From positions 17,610,001-17,674,000 of the forward strand of contig CM075990.1 in the NCBI GenBank assembly GCA_038087875.1: a DNA stretch of 64,000 bases, in the 5' to 3' direction. Positions 1 to 12,100 of this stretch are shown here, piece by piece. Each line of letters starts with the position of its first letter. The first letter of the stretch is position 1. The translations under genes and the position numbers were made by a program. The notes below the pieces were generated by a model, which saw only the letters and a program-made list of their open reading frames with translations, made no database searches and was not told the origin of the DNA. Source of the stretch: Malacoraja senta (Eukaryota).

Positions 1-1469
1 ATTCAGTTTCTACTGCCTTCCACCCTATCACTGACCTTTCTTTCCCTTTATCCTCCCTCCTCACCCACCGTACCACCAACTCTCTCCACACAATGTTCCT
101 CCATCCTCACTGTCTCCCACAGATAATCAGAATCTTCTCTCCCATTGGCTTCAGACGTACTATCTACCAGTCCATCCAACAAGAGACCACGCTGGAAGTA
201 TCAACTCAGTCACCATCTGGTGTTTCCCTCCCCACAGATGCTGCTTGACCTGCTGAGATCCTCCAGTATTTCCTGGCACTTGGTTCACATTTCCAGCAAC
301 TACTGGATTTTTTGCTCCAACTACATTTGTCTACACTAGGCAGCAAATCACATTGAAACAGAGATGTTTTAAGAGGAGCTGATGACCTCTGTGATTCACA
401 CATGCTCACATCTCCCGCCAGTAATCACTGCCAGTGATGTTTCTCATTACAACTGAACTGAGAACATGTAGCTTTTAAAACATGCCTTTTCCACAGTGAC
501 TTTCCATAGGTCCAGTGCAGCTTTGGAGATTATGTGTGAATTCATTAAATGGTATTATTTCAGTTTAGCTGCAGCAGTTTCAAACTTAAATGGGAACTGC
601 AGATGGAATAGTGAACTGCTGGAGATTATGTTAAAGTTCTGCCAGTCCTTCTTATTAGTAAAGCATACTCCCATAATGTCAAGTATTTATTTATGTCTAA
701 ATTCTGGCGTTTACTCAGGAAGGCAATGTTACTGTAAAGCCCAGCATTTAATGTTCACCTCAAATTGCCGTCAAAGAGTCAAAAGTGTTTCAATGTCGCA
801 AGCACTGGGACGGGGACAATGTCATTCTCAGGTGGTGTTTCAGGTTGGAATCTTTCCTCAGACTCCTGACCCAAAACATCACCTATTTATTTTCTCCAGA
901 GATGCTGCCTAACCCACTGAGTTACTCTGGCACTTTGTGTCTATCTTTGGTATAAACCAGCATCTACAGTTCCTTCCTACACAATGACATTCTTGCTTGC
1001 TGCAACATTGCAGGCACATTAAATCAACAACACATCAATATAACAAACAATAATACAATACATTATCTATTCAGATCTCCTACCTGTCTTTTCCAGCTTT
1101 CTCCCCTTTACTACAAGCCGTCTAAAGAAGAGTCCTGACCCAAAAAGTTACCCATCCACTTTCTCCAGAGATGGTGCATGACCCATTGAATTACAAGTAT
1201 TTTGTGTCTATTTTCACATTATCTGTTAAACCAGGTAGGCAGATGATAATATTAGGTGTAAGGTAAAGTATCCACTATATTTGTCATATATTGAACTTTT
1301 TCTTTTTTTCTCTCCCCCCGTTATGTACAATGTTTACATATTCACATATTGTGTTGTGCTGCAGCAAGTAAGAATTTCATTGTCCCATCCGGAACATATG
1401 ACAATAAAACACTTGACTAGTGTAATTTTATACAAAGAGCAGAGTGGATCGTTGATGAAGGAGGATGGA

Positions 1470-1886
1470 CACAGAGTGCTGGAGTAACTCAGTGGGTCAG
1501 GCAGCATCTGTGGAGAACATGGATAGGTGACGTTTCACAGAGTGCTGGAGTAACTCAGCGGGTCAGGCAGCATCTGTGGAGAACATGGATAGGTGACGTT
1601 TCACAGAGTGTTGGAGTAACTCAGCGGGTCAGGCAGCATCTGTGGAGAACATGGATAGGTGACGTTTCACAGAGTGCTGGAGTAACTCAGCAGGTCAGGC
1701 AGCATCTGTGGAGAACATGGATAGGTGACGTTTCACAGAGTGCTGGAGTAACTCAACGGGTCAGGCAGCATCTGTGGAGAACATGGATAGGTGACGTTTC
1801 ACAGAGTGCTGGAGTAACTCAGCAGGTCAGGCAGCATCTGTGGAGAAAAGGAATGAGTGATGTTTCGGGTCGAGACCCTTCTTCAG
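1470..1886 (-). repeat. 66-bp tandem array (~6 units) derived from the Penelope-related short repeat
   Basis: Unit cacagagtgctggagtaactcagcgggtcaggcagcatctgtggagaacatggataggtgacgttt with period 66. Related short arrays near 3803-3908, 39400-39640, 48517-48700, 62628-62802 and 63560-63720. Confidence 0.9.
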
Positions 1887-1959
1887 AGGGAGGGTTGTCA
1901 GTGGTTTGGGTTGTGCAGTGTTCAAGACCCTGGCGGTAGATGAGGAGAAGTTGTTCTTG

Positions 1960-2200
1960 AACCTGGAGAGGAGCTGCCTCTTTGAACCACTGCCGTCCTC
2001 TGATGAAGGAACTCCCACCGTGCTGTTGGTCAGGGAGTTTCAGGATGTAAAGCCCGCCTGGATGAAAGAACTGCGCTACATTTGCAAGTCGGGATGGTGT
2101 GACCAGCAGGCAGTTGTGTTCCCACATGTCTACCGCCCCAGTCCTCAGTCTGCCAGAGGTGGCAGGTTTGGGAGGTGCTGTCAAAGAGACTGCTTCACGT
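1960..2200 (-). mobile_element. Old LINE 3' fragment (CR1/L2 group)
   Basis: Resembles an abundant chondrichthyan LINE tail (aggaactcccaccgtgctgttggtcagggagtttcaggat..gggaggtgctgtc); recalled, not searched. Confidence 0.4.
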
Positions 2201-4862
2201 TCAGTGACGTTGACAGCTGTTTTCAGTTTGCTGTACCCTCGAGGTGGAGGTCTCCTTTGTTACCATTCCAGCACTGGAGGCTGCCGTTCCCAAGATCTTT
2301 ATCAGAACGATGGATGTCCAGACTCTGGGAGAGGTGAGGAGTGACAGCAAAGCTCAATTACAAACAGCAGGTTGGGATGGTCAGTGAAGTGTTGATCCCA
2401 GCTCCCGCCTCTTCTTGCAAACCATGTACAACACGCTAGTTATTCGCAGTCTTGGAGGATAGGAAAAGATTTATTTTCCCGTCCAAGTAAATAAATACAT
2501 TTTGACAGGGTCAAAGAGCAAAACGGAGTAGAGATTAGATAATTTCCTTATATATTTGGATTACATCCTTTTCCAGTACTTGAGTGGAGGTATTAAACTG
2601 TTTGTTTAAAATGGATTCTCTTGGTCCCTTCCCCAGCCAGCCTTACCCCAGGAGATGCCAACACAGGCTGCTAGCTCTAGGCTCATGTTTATTATTGTCA
2701 CTCTTGCCCTGAGTGGGTGGATCAAGGACCAGAGGACATAGGTTCAAGGTGAAGGAGAAAATATTTAATAGGAATCTGAGGGGTAACTTTTTCACACAAA
2801 GGGTGGTGGGTGTATGGAACAAGTTGCCAGTGGAGGTAGTAGAGGCTGGGACTATCCAGGTAAGTCAGACTCAAATACAATAGGTAGAGCAAAGGGGAAG
2901 ATACAGAGTGCAGAATATAGTTCTCAGCATTGTAGCGCATCAGTTCCAGAGACAAAGACCAATGTCCGCAATGGGGTAGACGTGAATCGGACAGTACCCT
3001 GGCTTATGGAAGGACTGTTCAGAAGCCTGATAACAGAGGGGAAGAAGCTGTTCCTGAGTCTGGTGGTGCACGCTTTCAAGCTTCTGTACCTTCTGCCGGA
3101 CGGGAGCGGGGAGAAGAAGTATTGACCGGGGTGGGATAAGTCTTTGATGATGTTGGCTGCTTTCCGAGGCAGCGTGAAGTGCAGATGGAGTCAGTGGTGG
3201 GGAGTGTGGTCTGTGCGATGGACTGGGCTAGATCCACAGCTCTCTGTAATTTCTAGCGGTCTTGGGCAGAACTGTTCCCAAACCAAGCTGCGATGCATCC
3301 CGACAGTGTGGTGTGTATAGGTCGTGAACAATCTGTCTGGTCGCTCCAGCTCTTGGGCAGTTGTTACAGGCCACAAGAAAAAGGAATTGAAATGCCTGAC
3401 AGAGAGGAAGAGCAATGAGATGGTGCCACAGATACATAGCATGAAGGTCAGTGGGAGAGTGCATGCTCCTAATTTGGGAGCATCCTGAATCCAGCTGCAT
3501 CCATAATAAATTAAACATGGTTCATACCCCACCGGCTCCAGTCCCTTTACTTTGTATGAAATGAAGCTAAAGAGATGAGCACAAAGATATCACTAATTCT
3601 GAATCTGGCGTTGGTTTAATGAGAAGAAAGGAATAAAGAGAAGGATTAAATGCTCCACGTTAAACCACAGGGTAGGAGTATTTAAAGCCCATAAATGGAC
3701 GGACCCATTGATTCTATTTGTGTGCATCAGGTCAAATATTCAGTTTTCTGTCACTACAGTTTTATTGCAGTTACAGTACTTGATTCTTCACGGTATGTTC
3801 TTCACAGATGCTGCCTGACCCGCTGAGTTACTCCAGCACTCTGTGAAACGTCACCTATCCATGTTCTCCACAGATGCTGCCTGACCCGCTGAGTTACTCC
3901 AGCACTCTTTGTGTTTTGTTCCGATGCTCCACAGTATGAGCCATGTTCGAGCTGAACTGGGGTTGAAATACTCGAGGGCGTAGCTTTGAGAGCAGAGGGG
4001 GAGAAGGATGGGCGGAGCAAGTCTTTTATACACGGATTTATCGATGCCTGGAATTCCCAATCAGAAATGGTTTTAGAAGCAGATATGATAGTGATGTTTA
4101 AGAGATGTTTAGGTAGACACACAGATATGCAGGGGATGAAGATATTGATGAGCCAAGTCTTTAGTAGTCACATATATACCAAGAACAATGAAAGACTTAC
4201 TAGCTGCAGCTTAACAGGTCTGTAAACACAATGACACATAAATGATATAAAATAATCAAAAATAGAATAAATTATTGACCATAATACTAGGTAACCATAA
4301 TATTGTGCAAACTAAAGTCTGTAATAGGACCAAAGACACAGTCGAAAGAAGATTATATTTACTTAGCACATGGTCACGTTACGCTGACCAACAATCCGAG
4401 ATTGTTCTCCAATCTCCATCTCTCTCTCCATGGAGAGAAAGGTGCAGGGGGGACAACACAGCTCCATATCTACACCATCCTGATCAACTACAAGACACAA
4501 AGTGCTGGGGAATCTCAGGAATTACGTTGCCGTTCCTTCACTGCAGTTCACTCAGAATCCAAGAACCCCGTTGCCAGCTACACTGAGATTACCGTCAGCA
4601 GAAGGACTGAGAGAACCTGACTCACAAACACCTCCTCACCAGGAGTTCATTCAGGCCTCGACAGATCAGAAAATCATACGAAAGTGCAGCATGAAAACAG
4701 GCTCTTCGGCCCATCTCCTTCGTGCTATCCATGATGCCCATCTAGGCTAAAAATCATTTGGCTGGATTAGGCCCATATCCCACAGTGCTTTCCCATCTAA
4801 ATGCCTATCCAAATGCCTTTTAAATGTAGTAATTCTACATGACCACCTACCTCCTCTGGTAG

Positions 4863-5150
4863 ACATAAAATGCTGGAGTAACTCAGCGGGACAGGCAGCA
4901 TCTCTGGAGAGAAGTCACCCATTCTCCAGACTCTCTCTCTGACGAGAGTTCAGCAGCATCCTCTCTCACTGCTCCCCCTCTGTGATTCCTCCAACTCTCC
5001 ACCACATTTTAAGCCAGAGTCTGAAGAAGGGTCTCGACCCGAAACGTCACCCATTCCTTCTCTCCAGAGATGCTGCCTGTCCCGCTGAGTTACTCCAGCA
5101 TTGTGAGTCTATCTTTGGTTTAAACCAGCATCTGCAGTTCCTTCATACAC
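4863..5150 (+). mobile_element. Short Penelope-derived element with inverted 5' segment and hammerhead core
   Basis: 14-bp TSD acctcctctggtag (4849-4862 and 5151-5164). The 5' ~50 bp are the reverse complement of the 3' part. Inserted into a CR1 fragment. Confidence 0.75.
5021..5048 (+). ncRNA. Minimal hammerhead ribozyme core in the Penelope-derived repeat
   Basis: CUGAAGA-A-GGGU(CUCG)ACCC-GAAAC-GUC: CUGANGA box, helix II, GAAA box, palindromic ACGU in place of helix III, and GUC triplet. Helix I is weak. Confidence 0.55.
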
Positions 5151-5385
5151 ACCTCCTCTGGTAGCTTGTTCCAAATGTTTACCACCCTCCATCTGAAAAC
5201 ACTACTCTTTAGATCTCCTTTAAAAATCTCCCGCTCACCGTAAACCTGTGGCCTCTAATTCAGACTTATCTGCCCTCGGAATAAGTTTCTGATTATTTAT
5301 CCTATGTCTGTCCCTATCAATTTTATAATCCTAAATAATATCAATAGGCTGTGGGCCGAGCATCAAAATGTGTCTAGAATCCAGT

Positions 5386-7180
5386 TTTCGTGACCCAAGT
5401 CACCAAACTACATGACATTTTCCACAGATTTAGATGAGATATAAGTGAGAAGGATGTCATAGCTCATCATTGCCAAAAGCTGCACATTAATTAATTAAAC
5501 TAATTAGAAAATAAGATTGGGAAAGTAAACGCCATCAAGTGGCCAATGCCCATATTACACCATGGGCAGCCTATTTCCGTATTTAAACTATATATGATTA
5601 TACCTATATATATATATATATATACATATATGTAGTTCATGTACTTCATGAATGAATGAGTGAATGAAGGAGTGAGTGAGTGATTTGTTGTTGTTGTATT
5701 CAATTTATTGTCATTATCTCATTTTAGAGACAACGAAATGGATTTTCCTTACAGTCAAGTAACATAAAAATAAATAATAAATAAATAAACTTTTTTTTTT
5801 GTAAGCGCAAACACAGAAGTCCACACACAACATAATCCCACAGCGGCACCAAAGTTAAGGAAGGTACCATAGTCCAGCCAGCCTCCCCGCCGATCTTCCC
5901 AGATGTTGGTCTATATTTAAGAGGGAGTTAGATGTGGCCCTTGTGGCTAAAGGGATCAGGGGGTATGGAGAGAAGGCAGGTACGGGATACTGAGTTGGAT
6001 GATCAGCCATGATCATATTGAATGGTGGTGCAGGCTCGAAGGGCCGAATGGCCTACTCCTGCACCTATTTTCTATGTTTCTATGTTCACCCGTAGTCGGG
6101 GCCTCCCGAGCATCCGCAGTCGGCGCCACGGGTGGCCCGATGCTCAGGCCCTCTCGCCGGGAACGGTGGAACCCCAACGCCGAACCCCGACGGAGAACAT
6201 CCTCAGCGGCCCGGACCTCCAGATCATCCGGACTCCACGATGTTGGTCAACGCCGCCCGCGTTGGGAGCTCCGCGAACCGCTGTCGGTGCAGCAGGCCCA
6301 GCACTCCGGAGCTCCAAACTACGATCCCCGGTAAGGCATCGCCTGCCCCGCGATGTTTCCAACGTTGCTCCGCTGCTGCCGGAGCGGGGGGAGGGGGGGG
6401 GCGAGGACGCGACTCGAATAATAGTCACATCCTCTCAAGGAAGCGACTGAAGGACGGTATCCCCCTTATCGTACCCTCTTTCCTCAAATAAAAACATTAA
6501 AAAAAACCCACAAAAAACGCTCTTCAAACATAACAAACAAATAAAAAGATACCGGACTGAAGACGGAGGCAGCTAGCAACAGGTGAATGTATGTATGAAT
6601 GAGTGTATGAATAAGTGAATGAATGAGTGAATGTACAGCCTCCAAATCTCATTTTTTCACATTATTAAGGTGCAATTAAATTAATTAAAGTGCATACAGA
6701 TTAACTTTCATAAATTCAGACTTTAGATCTTACCTTTTCAGTTCCAGTTGATTCACAAAATTTGACAGCAGCCAGGGACATTGCTTTCAAGACTTTCTTC
6801 CACTTAGCTGCACATTCTTCAGACTTCTTCATGCTTTTCTCACTAAATACAATTACCCTGCTGCAAGTTTCCACGACATGTATTCCACAGAACTAGAAAA
6901 AATCTTTGTCGGAATCTCCAGTAAAACAGGCATCAGTGAAGCCCTCTCAGTGCTCCCTGCGTAGCTAGCCTGAAGCAAAGCGCGTGTTTGGCCAACTGGC
7001 GTACAACTCAATGTTAAACATGCTTTGATTGGACTAAAAATACCCGAAAATTTTCCGTTTTTTCTCTAATTTAATGAAAATGTGCAAGTCTTGTTCATGA
7101 CGAGTTTCAGGGGTGGTTTATATGATTTTTTTACACAATATGTGAAAATTTCATGTAGTTTGGTGACTTGGGTCACGAAA
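5386..7180. mobile_element. Non-autonomous TIR DNA transposon remnant with nested insertions
   Basis: Perfect 30-bp inverted repeat tttcgtgacccaagtcaccaaactacatga (5386-5415 and 7151-7180), extending imperfectly to ~40 bp. The interior holds a split (TGAA)n tract, a CpG-rich retroelement and a CR1 tail. No clear TSD. Confidence 0.65.
5697..6583 (-). mobile_element. CpG-rich non-autonomous retroelement, interrupted by a CR1 3' tail (~5910-6085)
   Basis: The minus strand ends in a tgacaataaattgaat LINE-type tail. The element splits a (TGAA)n microsatellite (5648-5683 and 6584-6632). GC-rich body at 6090-6480. Confidence 0.45.
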
Positions 7181-7383
7181 CACAGGAATAAAGCTCCTCG
7201 GCCCACAGCCCACAACCCTCAGCCACCGACATCCCATGTGAGAACAAACCCAGCCTGTGCCATCTCTGCCTTCAACTACAGCCCTTCATTCCAGGCAATA
7301 CCTTGATGCATTCTGCACTATCCTACATGTAGTGTATGTCATCTGGAGTAATAAATGTACTACCTCCTTGCAGTGAGCTGTGA

Positions 7384-7690
7384 GGCGGTCACAGTGGCAC
7401 AGCGGTAGAATTTCTGCCTTACAGCGAATGCAGCATCGGAGACCCGGGTTCGATCCCGACTATGGGTGTTGCCTGTACGTTCTCCCCGTGACCTGCGTGG
7501 GTTTTCTCCGAGATCTTCGGTTTCCTCCCACACTCCGAAGACGTACAGGTTTGTAGGTTAATTGGCTTGGTAAATGTAAAAATTGTCCCTAGTGGGTGTA
7601 GGATAGTGTTAAGGTGCGGGGATCGCTGGTCGGCGCGGACCCGGTGGGCCGAAGGGCCAGTTTCCACACTATATCTCGAAACTAAACTAA
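7384..7690 (+). mobile_element. tRNA-derived V-SINE (HE1-like)
   Basis: A box tggcacagcgg, B box ggttcgatccc, V-domain-like gttctccccgtgacctgcgtgggttttctcc..ggtttcctcccacactcc, CR1-type tail tgggccgaagggcc..actaaactaa. Confidence 0.8.
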
Positions 7691-8274
7691 TAATCTTCAC
7701 TTAGTCATTATCAACAAGCTCTTAATCCTTTGATTTATTTTCATTCTGTTTGCAAAATCCCAACGTAAACCATCTTATACCTGTTCCAAAGGCAAGCTAA
7801 TGCCCCACAGAGTTCTGTTCCAATTTGGAAAGCAAATTGTAGAGTCTTGATCCCTGGAAAAGAAGATTTGAAGCTCGGCCACGACAACTGGAAATAATCA
7901 GCAACTTTATATGCCAATGAAGTTACAAATCTCCACAGACTTTCAGCTGTGAGCGTTTGAGAAGGTTGGTTAAAATGGAACATCAACTCATGGCGGCGGA
8001 CCTTGGAAAGGTTGCAGACAGAAAGAGTCCAAGAATCATCCTGCTAGCCAGAACTCTCCCAGATAACTCACCCAATAAAACCTGCAATAAAAACAGAAAC
8101 TTCCGGCAGAGAAATGCAAGAATCGTAAGACCTTTAGTGCCTCTAATGTGGTGGCCAGCTTCTAGCAGCTGGTTGTAGCAGCAAAGCACCTGAGGAACTC
8201 TGCGGGTCGGGCAGCATCTGAGGAGGGAATGGGCGGTCTCTTCCACTCTCATCTCCCATCGTGAGCCCCCATTT

Positions 8275-8490
8275 AGAGGAGGAGGAGGAGGAGGAGGAGG
8301 AGGGGGAGGAGGGAGTTGATTTAGAAGTTGTTGTGGAGGAGGAGGGGAGGGTGAGTTGCAAGCTGGGGTGGAGGAGGAGGGGGGAGAGGAGGATGAGGTT
8401 GGAGAGAGGGCTGGGGGGGATGTGGAGGTTGGTGTGTAGGAGGAGGTGGGGGGGAGGGTAGATGGGGAGGGAGGACGAGGAGGGGTGAGG
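8275..8490. repeat. (GGA)n / G-rich low-complexity tract
   Basis: Purine-rich GGA and G runs. Confidence 0.85.
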
Positions 8491-8949
8491 GTCTGTGTGG
8501 ACCCCCTCTGCCCCCACCACCAACCGTTCTTCTCTCCATGACCACAGCGGGTGGTGCATCATTGGCTGTTGGCCTCCACATTGGAAGGTGCGTGGTGTCT
8601 GGATCGTTGACCTTGTTGTGGTGAAGAGGCTTGCGTGACCCCATGATTCCGAGAGCGATGCCGTCGGAAGCACCAGCTTCTGGTCGGGCCACCCATGACG
8701 GTGAGGTCGAGGATGAGGGTCCAGACTAAGAACGATCCAAACTACAAGACCTCAACGGGGGGCCAGGCGGACAAAGTTATCTTGAACTCAACGGCTATGA
8801 AGGCTGCAACAGATCTATCGGCTCCAATTGTCTTGGTTCCCTTGCCATTGGAATGAGTTGATTGATTTGTGAAGGACCGGGTGCTTCTTGGAGAGTGCAA
8901 CATCAAGTACACGGTAAACAAACACACGCACAGGCGGCTTCGTTCTGTG

Positions 8950-9113
8950 AGCAGCAGAATTAAAAGAAAAGAGAAGAAAACGGAAAGAAAGGCAGCAACA
9001 ACCAAAGCCCGATCTGCCATCTGGAATTACCTGTCCTGAATGCCAAAGAACTTTCAAAGCCAGGAAACGTAGACCATCATCCTCGACCTCGAGGGATAGC
9101 CACGACGACGGCG
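8950..9113 (+). mobile_element. RTE-clade LINE 3' end
   Basis: Encodes ELKEKRRKRKERQQQPKPDLPSGITCPECQRTFKAR, an RTE-like C-terminal basic helix plus CxxC. Followed by catcctcgacctcgaggga and a short (GAC)n tail. Confidence 0.6.
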
Positions 9114-12100
9114 GTGTCTGGGGCCGGGTTGCTGAGCCCACCAACACCAGGCTACTGCTGATGTTATCGTGGTTCAGTCAAGATTAATGAGACCGTGAGG
9201 CTCGGAGCCAGATTAACGGGGTGGTATTGCCTTGTCTGCATTGAGGTCAGTAGGGTAGAATAGTCCCAGGGGTGTTGGAATGAGGTGGCCTGCACAGACC
9301 CTTGTGGACAATCACTAACAAGAGAGCAGCCTGGAATGTGACCTCAACTCAACCTCCAGAGTTAAAGCTATGGGCTTACTTCAAAACAACACACAACAAA
9401 TTCAGAACTAATGCTAGGAGCCTCTTCATGCAAGAACAAGTCCGGAATTAATTTTACACAACCAAAATGATTTGCCTGTAGGATCTATCTTGGTGACTGA
9501 GTGGAGATGGTCAGATAGTTTCCCAATTTGTGTTTATTTTGTGGTGGTGTAAAAACATTTCGAATATTTATCTCTTGTCCCAGTGTAGACCCTTCAGTCT
9601 TAAAACAACATTCAACCTCATTAAAGAATGTTTGTTGATTGAACAAGGCTCTCTCTGTCATCTGCTCTTGCCAGCGACTCTCTAGAAAACTGCCTCAGGT
9701 TACTTTCTTGCTTCAGAAATTTGGTGGGGAAAGTGGTAGGTTATTGCATTTGAGTACGGAGTGTAAGGTGGAGAACACACAGCGTGGCTTCAGAAAGTCA
9801 CTTCCCATAAAGTGGACCAATTAGTTTTAGTTGAGTCTATTATTGTCACGTGTACTGAGGGACAGTGAGAGGGTTGTTGCGTGCTAACCAGTCAGCGGAA
9901 AGACAATACATGATTACAATCAAGCCGTCCACAGTGAACAAATACAGGGTAAAGGCTATAACATTTATTGCAAGCTCAAGCCCAGTAAATCTGCTGCTTT
10001 TGAAATAAAGATTTATAAGAGTGGAGGGATTGTAATGAGTGAATGCAGATGCACTTCTGGAACCAGCATGCAGAGAGTCATCTTGGCTCGGCACCATCTT
10101 GGAGGATCAGAGTAATGAAAATCAAGATGAATATTTTAGAAACTGCAGATGCTGGAAATTTAAAATAGAACAGAAGGTGCTAGAAATACTCAACTCAGGC
10201 AACATCTATGGAGGGAATGGATAGGTGAAGTTTTCACATAACACATCAACTGTGTAAGTTGAGGGGAACTGATTAAGTACGAGGAAGGATTTCAACCAGG
10301 AACGTCATCTGCCCAACCCTTGCACAGATGCTGTCAGACCCACTGAGTACTTCCAGCACTTTGTGTTTTGCTCAAGATTCCAACATCTGCAGTTTCTTCT
10401 GTCGCTAAAAAAGAAAAAGTGTCCATTTACCACTTACCCAAAGCAGTTCATGAACAATGAACACACCTGTAGTCCAAACACTGTCTATTTAGGCAAATGG
10501 TCCAACATGGAGTCTATCCTCCAGTCCCCAACAATGGAGAGGCAAAGATTAAAGTCAATATGATTTTATTTTGGATAACGCTTACAAACAATACAGTTAA
10601 TAATTTCCCAATACAATAACTTTTGTGAATTAGTCGCATTTCTTTTCACAGATTACAAAGTTTTACAGTGGAGATTAGCAGATAAACTTTGTGAGGGTTC
10701 TTAACTTTCACAAATGTGGAACTTTCCTTTGCAACGGTGGCCGATTGGCGGCAGGAAATTACACAGCGGAGACAAACAAAGCCACTGGGAGTAAGCACAA
10801 AGACTCTGTAAATTTAGAACTATAAGGAACATTACAAAATGGCATTGTATTGTGTCACAATGAGCAATCGCGCTCAGGAATGTTGTCAGACTGAGAGGCT
10901 TCGGAATTTGCAATTACTGCTTATTACTGTAATTGTGAAATATTTGGGAAACAATGCCGAATATTCAAGGACAAAATCAATAGCTGATACAGATCGTTAG
11001 GTAAGATCAGCTCCATTGTGAGTGTTGTGTTTATAACAAGTGACATAGAGCCCAGTCCTTCCCTTGGGCCCTTTAAATCCATTTCCAGAAGTAATTCGGT
11101 TTTATTTAGACCACCCTGTAAGAAATTGCTCCAAACAAATGTATCCACCCCACCCCAGACATTGATACTGTTGAATAGAATTACATTTATATTCATAATA
11201 TTTGTACGCCATATGGTAATGTCAATAATATTCCATTATATGTTTTGAATGAGCTGTAAGCGTCAACTTGCCGAGATGCATTGATGTATTATTTTGCCAA
11301 ATAGAGACTGGTCGGGGCTTGTTTCTTTCAACTTGTTTGGCAAGTGCTCTCCTCAATTTGTGCATCTTTATAATCATCTTATCTGAGCTGTGGCAGGCTG
11401 CAAGAGAAATGTTGCTTCCGATGAACTGACTTGGAAAGTGATCAACACTGTCACAGAGACATTGAACATTTGGTGCACAAGGAACTGCAGATGCTGGGAT
11501 CCTGCGCAAAATGCAAAGTGCTGGAGTAACTCAGCGGGTCAGGCAGCATCTGTGGAGGGAATGGACAGACAATGTTTGGGGTTGAAACCTTTCTTCACTC
11601 TGATGGAATGATGGTGGAGAAAGCTGGAAAAGACAGGCGGGAGCGCGACAGAGCCTGGCAAGTGATAGGTGGATACAGGTGAGGGTGGTGATTGCCAGAT
11701 GGGTGCAGGAAGTGACAAAGACGAGAGGTGACAAAAGGGTGTCAGATAAGGAAAGAAGAGAAGTGAAACGTAAAGCCAGAGGGAGTGGAATGGGTGGAAG
11801 GGGATGGGCGGGAAGGGAAAGAGGGGGATTAATGGGGAACTCGGGGATGGGAGTGTAGGGAAGAGTGTAAGGGAGCAGGGTGACTCGGGGCAAGGGCGGC
11901 GAGGTGTGAGGGGGAGAGGGGGATGGGGAGGGGGGTGAGAGGGTCAAGAGCTGGTGGGAGAGATATCACTGAGCTACAGGCAATTTTCAAAAGAAAACAT
12001 TCAAGAAATGAAAAGCAGCATGAATTGTTTTAGATGCCGTACTGTAAGCATGTGTAAAGTGTATATTCTACATATTTAGCAGAGTAAGTTTATGTGTTAT

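Noticed and set aside
1470..1886. CRISPR-like regular repeats
   Set aside because: Units are contiguous with no unique spacers, there are no cas genes, and the context is eukaryotic.
5999..6491. Overlapping GC-rich ORFs / CpG island
   Set aside because: They lie within a nested retroelement and start in a CR1 tail; open frames are expected at this GC content.
5347..7210. Outer 14-bp inverted repeat ggctgtgggccgag as the true transposon ends
   Set aside because: It resembles the ubiquitous tgggccgaa CR1/SINE tail, and the spacing to the 30-bp TIR is unequal on the two sides.
7384..7460. tRNA gene
   Set aside because: The A/B boxes belong to a SINE head that continues into a V-domain and LINE tail; no full cloverleaf.
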